Source: Eledone cirrhosa (taxonomy: Eukaryota). From it: DNA of 64,000 bases. Below the pieces are notes generated by a model that was not told the DNA's origin, searched no databases, and saw only the letters and a list, made by a program, of their open reading frames with translations. The position numbers and the translations under genes were made by a program. Where the stretch lies: the NCBI GenBank assembly GCA_964016885.1, contig OZ024743.1, positions 275,466,001 to 275,530,000 of the forward strand, written 5' to 3'. Of the stretch, positions 56,885 through 64,000 are shown piece after piece; the stretch's first letter is position 1; each line of letters starts with the position of its first letter.

Positions 56885-57259
56885 GAAAGTTATTTGGATA
56901 TTGTTGAGTACTTTCATGTCGTTTCTTTCTATCTTTTTCTTTCTTTCTAAAATTCTACTAAATAATTATCGCAGTCAACAGGCCCGTGCAAGGCTGGGGG
57001 TAAACCTAAGCCAGATATGAAATTTAGGCCTCAAAACTGGTTAAAGATTCTTGCAATATATAAAATGTAAGCCCAATTTAGTAATCAGTGCTAAAAACGT
57101 ATGAGTTATACCAGTTAGCCATATGTAACATGACAGCGGCGAATTGGTAGAATCAATAGAATATCGGATAGAATATTTTGTGTTGTTTTCAAATCCCGTC
57201 GAGGTCAACTTTGCCTTTCATCCTTTCAAGATCGATAAGAAGTACGAATCAAATATTAG

Positions 57260-57327
<68 letters not shown>

Positions 57328-57823
57328 GTATATATATATATTTATATATATATATATATATATATTTAACGAAGGGTATTATTTGTTGGTAACGAAGGTA
57401 TTAGTGGTGGTTGTTAGATGAGATAATGGGAATAGCTGATTTACTTTATATATAAAAAGGTTTACTTCACTTCAGTCAAAAAGAACAATAAACAAGTTAC
57501 CACGAGTTGCGAAAGTTGACGACGTTATTTTTGTTGTTGGTTCATGAGGCTGGTGTAGTCTGAGACCCGGAGAGAGAGAGAGTAATGCTCTGTAGACCTC
57601 TGCGGCCTGTAGTAGGCGGTGAATCTTTACATGGCTTGTAATAGCGTACTGCTCCGATCTCTCTGTGTAAAACGTGGGAAAATATAGGCTTTATATACCT
57701 GTCGCTTTCTGTCTCCCACCTTGAGGGATCGCCCACGAATGAACCTGTCCACACCGAAAAGGATGGTGACCTAGAATTTGACTTCTAGGTGTCACCCAAG
57801 GTTCAAGGCGTGGACAGATTTCG

Positions 57824-57871
<48 letters not shown>

Positions 57872-57923
57872 CTCTCCTTCTTTCCGACAACTATTCCCCT
57901 GTACTAAGATAAACATAAGAGAT

Positions 57924-57969
57924 TATTCTTATGTTTGCATTTCAGATATTGCGTCCTCATCAGTGAATA
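57924..57969 (-). ncRNA. Type I hammerhead motif
   Basis: Minus strand: tattca-CTGATGA-GGAcgcaataTCT-GAAA-TGcaaaCA-TA-agaata; one mismatch at the base of stem I. Confidence 0.7.
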
Positions 57970-58695
57970 TCTATCTCTACGATTTGTATATATATGAAAG
58001 TCCAATCGCCAGAAGTTAGATTATGTTGTTATTGTTTTCCATAATTCAATTTATTAGGTAACTACCTAATAAAGTAAATTATGGAAACTTGTCTTCATAT
58101 TCCTTATTATACCTATACTCCATTATGTACTACTCAAGTGATCCCACAGGCACACGACGTGGAGTGTTTAATACTGCTTACACCTCTATTTATTAATTGT
58201 AATGATACAAACGCAACTCCTAATTAAATTAAACATTTAATAACACAATTATATATATATATATATCAGGGGCGGTGGAAGCATTTCTGAATTTAGGAGG
58301 TCAAACTTGGACTATTTAGTTGTAGTGATTAGTTTAGCTCTTTGCACTTTAAAATGGTCAGAAAACTTCGTTATGCGATAAACATAACATGTACATAAAT
58401 TGTAGCGAATATCCAAATAGATGTGTGTTTTGGTAGATTGGGGAGAATTATTGGAGGAAAACATGGACTCCCAGTTCCCCCCACCACTGTATATATATAT
58501 TTTTTTTAAATTATGCTCTGTACCCTTTCCCAAGGGGCTAATATATCGAGCTTCTTCGCATTTGGTAAGAAACTGGTATTAGTCCCAATTCATTCATCTC
58601 CTATATATATACACACACACATATATATATATTCAAATAGACTCACAACATTAAGTTCTTGTCTGAATATCTCACTATCTGTAAATCAATTTTTG

Positions 58696-58756
58696 TATTT
58701 TATCTGATGAGTGCGTACCAAAATTGTGGTACCCTTGAAATATATATAATAAAATA
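58696..58756 (+). ncRNA. Type I hammerhead motif
   Basis: tattttat-CTGATGA-gtgcGTACCA aaattg TGGTACcctt-GAAA-TATATA-TA-ataaaata; 8-bp perfect stem I. Confidence 0.75.
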
Positions 58757-58797
58757 AATAGGGTTTTATAAAGATAGCTTCCATTTATTAATATTAT

Positions 58798-58838
<41 letters not shown>

Positions 58839-58861
58839 TTTATTATGGCTTTTGGTGACCT

Positions 58862-58907
58862 TTGTTACTCTAAAGTTTCACCTGCTCACTCACAGGATCA
58901 TCAGTAT
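58862..58907 (-). ncRNA. Hammerhead core in a fold-back (~58833-58968), stem I lost at the inversion point
   Basis: Minus strand: CTGATGA-tCCTG..CAGGt-GAAA-CTTtaGAG-TA. Confidence 0.6.
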
Positions 58908-59868
58908 TGTCTGGTGAGTACGCAGGTGAGACTCCAGAGTAACAAGGCTTAGCCATAATAAATGAATATTTAAACTCTACTTCGGTATTGTGTTTTCATT
59001 CTCACGTCCGTCAATTATTCACGTACTCTCAGGTCTTGAATAATCGTCCCCACCTACCGCTTATTAATTTGTCAGAATGTTTCCACCACCCCACGGGTTT
59101 TATTCTACCCAACCCCACCGGTTTATTAAATTTGCTAATCTACCTCCGGTGAAAATTTTATTGAAAGTGATTCATATTGATACAGCAACTGGAGTATCTA
59201 ATAATTGTTTCTACTTTTTGGCACAAGGTTAGCAATTATCCAGTGTATTACTGGTACTTTATTTTATCGACCCCGTAAGGATGAAAGGCAAAATTAACCT
59301 CGGCGGGATTTGAACTCAGAATGGAGTGTCGAATAATAATTTTATTTTATATTAAAAAAACATTATATATGACAAAAGAAGAACATTACAAGAAATCCCA
59401 TATTTACGAACGTACACTATATAATTACTGATTTCACAAGCCCCCACCCCAACTCCCATTATTGCCACCCCTCCTATTATTTGGGACCCCAGACTGCTAC
59501 CAAACTCTCCTCCTCTCTATGACTAGCACACAAAATTCTCTTTTAATCCCCCTCTCTATATCTACTAAATCCAAACTCTACCCCTCTCTATAGCTACCTC
59601 GACACCACTTCTCTTATCCCACTCTCTATATTTTAAGACTAATACATTCTCTCACTCTCTATAAATATCTACACTTATATCTTCCAATCCCCCTCTGTAT
59701 AGCAATCACCCCTAAACTCTCACCCTCTCTATATTTACTACACGGCACTCTCCCATTATCCCCCCCCCCCTGTATATCTACAACCACCAAATTCTCCCCC
59801 TCTCTATATGTACCTTACAACACTCTCCTCCAATGCCCCTCTCTATATCCGTAAAAATCAATATCCCC

Positions 59869-59889
<21 letters not shown>

Positions 59890-59937
<48 letters not shown>

Positions 59938-60681
59938 TGAAGTTGTCTCTGTGTGTGTGTGTGTCCTAATTTTGGCAAAGTCTATACAAATCCACATTTC
60001 TACACCGATTGACTTCAAACTTGCATTTATATATTCCTTGCGGTCTAAAGATATTAACTGCAGCTTTTATTTTTCAATTTTCTGTTGTTAAAGGCGTTTT
60101 TTTCACTAAAACTTTAAGCCCTTTTTGTCAGCAATTTTGTCTACAATGTTCAAGAGAGACAACTCTTTACTATTTTGAAAGAGTTACCTCTCTTTATAGA
60201 CTCTATTATCCCTACTTAAACGTACATCCTTTGGAATTGTTGATGGTGACCCCAATAGTAACTCTGAAGCGTTTGGCATCCGATATAACAGTTCGGTCTA
60301 TATCAGATTGGGTAGATTTTTGTAACCTTAAAAGTATCCAACTAAATTCCTCCATGCTCTCCACCACTGCAGTCCCACATGCTTACTGCTCTGTAACTAT
60401 TGCTTTCATTGTACCATAGCACAACAAATACATGTTCGGTTTGTCGAATGCTTTTTTACTTAACCCTATTGTCTTGGCTTTCGTGGGTTGAACATTTTAC
60501 TCTCACGCACCCAATTAAGTTAAACCTCTGGTAATCTACGACACATTTTTTTATAAGCACAACATGTAGACACCATCCCCAGGCCGAGGTATTCCGTACT
60601 TCTCTGTACTGTTTCAGAAAGGAGGGATAAACATGCCAATCTATGTTTAGAAGCCCGAGCAACGCCGGGCCATTCTGCTAG
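59890..60681 (+). mobile_element. Non-autonomous Helitron
   Basis: TC(TA)n..AAAACTGAAG..(GT)n start; 3' hairpin CCCGaGCaacGCCGGG then CTAG|T. Confidence 0.75.
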
Positions 60682-60740
<59 letters not shown>

Positions 60741-60944
60741 GTGAGGTTTTTTTTACAAAATGAAAAAAAAACGAGGTGTCCTACACGAGTGAAAGTATAA
60801 GGAAAAAAGACGAAATCGAAAATGCAACTGGAGTCTTTTTTTTATAAAAATATATATTTATTTGGTTCCTTTACCGGACCCGGAGTACTTCTAGTTTTCA
60901 AAAGTAGAATTGAGATGGAGGGTTTGTGGTTTTATATATATATA

Positions 60945-62297
60945 TCTAAAATTAAGTATGTGTGTGTGTGTGTGTGTGTGTATTACCTATAGGGGCCTAC
61001 ATCTTACGACCGATTTTCATGAAACTTTACAGGCTCATAGATTAGTTATCGGGGAGTGTTTTCTTTATATCAGCGTATGTTTTTTTTTTGTTTTTTTTTA
61101 TTCCTGGGTCATTCTGCAGATAAAAATCGATAGGGGGGTCGCCTTTTTTTAGGTATCGAAAAATAAGATTTTTGGCACTAGCTCCCACATTTTGCCACCG
61201 ATTTCGTTCAAATTTTAAAGCAAAATAGAATTTATCATTGCACATCCTTTATATTTTGCATTCGTTGTTCAGGGACGGCGTGGCAGCCGCTTAAATATTC
61301 AAAAATACTACTTTTCGACTCAAATTTCCACTTTTTCGGCTCCCACATTAATCAGCCTACTTTGTTCAATTTTTACACTACGCTAGATCTGATTATTTCA
61401 CGTCTTAAAGTGGCTTTACATTTTGGATTGTTTGTTCAGGAACGGCGTGGCAGCCGCTTAAATATTCGAAAATACCACCTATTCGCTCAAATTTCCGCCT
61501 TTGCGGCTCTAACTCCCACATTTTTCAATCGATTTCGTTCAAATTCGAAACTTCGGCTCCACCTCAAACATAACTCAATTTATTTGGTTCAACTTTTATA
61601 CTACGATAGAACCTATCATTGCACATCTTATAATAGCTTTACACTTTGCATTTTTGGTTCAGGGACGGCAACCTATCATTAGCTCCCACATTATTCAACC
61701 GATTTCGTTCAAATTCGAAACTTCGGCTCCACCTCACACATAAATCAATTTATTTGGTTCAACTTTTATACTTCGATAGAACCTATCATTGCACATCTTA
61801 TAGATGGTCAAAGGCAAAATGATGGCCACTGACGTCGTCTGAGCTTTTAGTTGTGTATTTGAGAATTCATCGGTTTCCAATCAAGTAGAGTGAGGAAATT
61901 TGGCTTAGTCTTAGAGGTCATTACCTCCCTCCCCCAGCATGCCCCTTCGTCAGTCACCCGCGTTTCTCAGTGATAGAGGTCATCACCACCCTCCCCCGCA
62001 TGGCCTGTGTGTGGCCATAGATGAGTCATCGAGAAGCAGTCGCTAAGATCAACAACTTTTCATCAAAACAGATATTATTTTATGGCAGTATGGGTAGAGG
62101 GTCGGACGCCATGCTTTCTAGCATAGTTACGTCCCTTTAGAGTCTGAGTTCAAATCCCGCCGAGGTTAACTTTGCCTTTCATCCTTACGGGGTCGATAAA
62201 ATAAAGTACCAGTAATGTACTGGGTGATTGCTGGCCTTGTGCCTAAAGTAGAAACAATTATTTTACCTACCCAGCCAACGCTGGGTACTGCTGCTAG
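60945..62297 (+). mobile_element. Non-autonomous Helitron with internal repeats and nested SINE (62083-62258)
   Basis: A|TC start, 3' hairpin CCCAGCcaacGCTGGG, CTAG|T. Confidence 0.75.
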
Positions 62298-62388
<91 letters not shown>

Positions 62389-62391
<3 letters not shown>

Positions 62392-62501
62392 AACCGGTAA
62401 GACCCCGACGGCTGAGCTCAAGCCGTTTCGACGGCTAATTCTGGACTGAATTAGCCGTCGAAACGGCTTGAGCTCAGCCGTCGGGGTCTTACCGGTTCCT
62501 A
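62389..62501. repeat. Perfect ~54-bp-arm palindrome containing hammerhead 3' halves
   Basis: 6-nt loop TGGACT; GAAA-CGGC..GCCG-TC on each strand; same family at 8555-8610 and 11230-11353. Confidence 0.9.
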
Positions 62502-62578
62502 TTACCCACTCTACTACCCCAAGTATTGAGTACTTTGGTGCGTTATGGTCCACCTGGTTCCTTACCACATTTCCTTCG

Positions 62579-62643
<65 letters not shown>

Positions 62644-63070
62644 ATTGTATATACATTCTCAACATTTCCATTATTCTTCATATTCACTTATTCTTACAAT
62701 AATCCTCTTATTCCCCCCATTCCTTTATCCTTCACATTCCTTTATTCTCCCTTATTCGTCTGTATTTTCTCTCCCTCTTTCTTTCTCTCACGCTCGCGCT
62801 ACTCCCAACCTTTCTAATCGATAAGCATCAGCAAAAGAAGGGTTTTACCCGAAATACTTCACACCAATTTATTCCACCTCCACTGCAATGTTTTTATGCC
62901 AGTTATTTCTCCACACAGGCCATCAATACTTCCCTTTGGTGTTATTGTTTACTTCAAGGTTGTTCATAATATCATCATTATACAATACACACTTACCAGA
63001 GATTATTAGATTTCTGACAAACGTTATCTCTCTCTCTCTCTCTCTGTACACACACACACACACACGCACG

Positions 63071-63117
<47 letters not shown>

Positions 63118-63167
63118 GTGTAAATAAAATCCGAGGTCATATTCATTTGGTTTTGTTTTTTAAAAAT

Positions 63168-63218
63168 CTGTTATATATATATTTCGCTGAGGACTAGCAG
63201 CCTGAGCTCCTCAGACGG
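63168..63218 (-). ncRNA. Type I hammerhead motif
   Basis: Minus strand: ccgt-CTGAGGA-GCTcAGG..CCTcAGC-GAAA-TATATATA-TA-acag. Confidence 0.75.
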
Positions 63219-63289
63219 TAAACCTATAAACAATGAAATTTCATAGAAACATGTATGTGGTTAGAAAAAGCTATCTCACCTACCGCTTT

Positions 63290-64000
63290 TCATAGGCGCC
63301 GCTAAATCCCATGGCTGGTTTCTCCTCTTCCACGTGCGTACGATCCAACTCATTAACACCGGGAGCTGCCAAACTCGCGTCCACCACGTTCCTGATCACC
63401 GCTAGAGAGAGGCCGACCTGCTGGTCCTTCCGGTCGAGCACCCTTCCGGCCAAGCACCCTTCCGGTCAAGCACTCTTCCGGTCGAGCACTCCCCAGCTTC
63501 CGGGCACCGCACACCACACCATACCCCCCCCCCCGATCTCAAGGATCAATTTCCCCCTCGTCCTTCTGCATATGAAAGTCTGCTGTCCAGGTTGGTGGTT
63601 TGCGACTTCTTTGCGATCTCCGCAGAGTTGGGGCGGCACTTTGGGTTTCCTCTTCCTCGGAGTCCGTTGACGCAGTGATTCTACGAACATCCAGGACATG
63701 ACGTGGTACTCCGTCCACGGACACGTTGTTCTGGGAATTTACGGCCGTCACCGTTCCCCTTCCCCATTGAGATGTGCAACGTGCATCTGGGGGCTTAACC
63801 CAGACTTCTTCGCCCACCTGCACGAATGCATTCTCTCTCCCCACTGGCCGTTGTGGTGGCGTGCACGGGTGCTGCCACTCGTATCTGAATACTGCTCTGT
63901 GTGGCACCGATTCCTCAACCTGTCCCACCCGAGGGGACATGTTGTACCAGAACACTGCCTCCATTGGTGAGATGTGGCCCCGCTCCGCCATTGCTTTGAT
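63290..64000 (-). mobile_element. Gypsy-like LTR retrotransposon 3' end: integrase C-terminus, PPT and probable 3' LTR
   Basis: ORF ending at 63539 has FWYN.SP, VGEEVWVK..W..G.V, RH...RR, LRRSQRSRKPP; poly-G purine tract at ~63524-63534; LTR boundary approximate. Confidence 0.75.

Noticed and set aside
62826-62865. AAAAGAAGGGttttaCCCGAAA as a hammerhead
   Set aside because: CUGA core absent; at best a heavily decayed relic

Overview
AT-rich, microsatellite-saturated animal genomic DNA with no recognisable host gene. The SINE and repeat content suggests a cephalopod such as octopus, but this is inference. Two retroelement systems stand out. (1) 34.4-48.5 kb holds a head-to-tail train of five Tx1/L1-clade non-LTR retrotransposon units from three diverged subfamilies, each ending AATAAA(AA)GAAA directly against an (ATCT)n tract. 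One unit is intact, with a zinc-knuckle ORF1 and an APE-RT ORF2. (2) About 20 type I hammerhead-ribozyme-like motifs (CUGANGA/UUGAUAA...GAAA, often with a short palindromic stem III) occur across the window, from roughly a dozen apparently unrelated short non-coding repeats. They sit almost always beside (TA)n tracts and often form fold-back pairs of identical polarity. One motif lies directly downstream of a decayed Penelope-like GIY-YIG ORF. The rest consists of tRNA-derived SINEs, non-autonomous Helitrons, MITEs, RTE/R4/CRE/Gypsy fragments and minisatellites. All calls were read by eye; no searches or folding programs were run.
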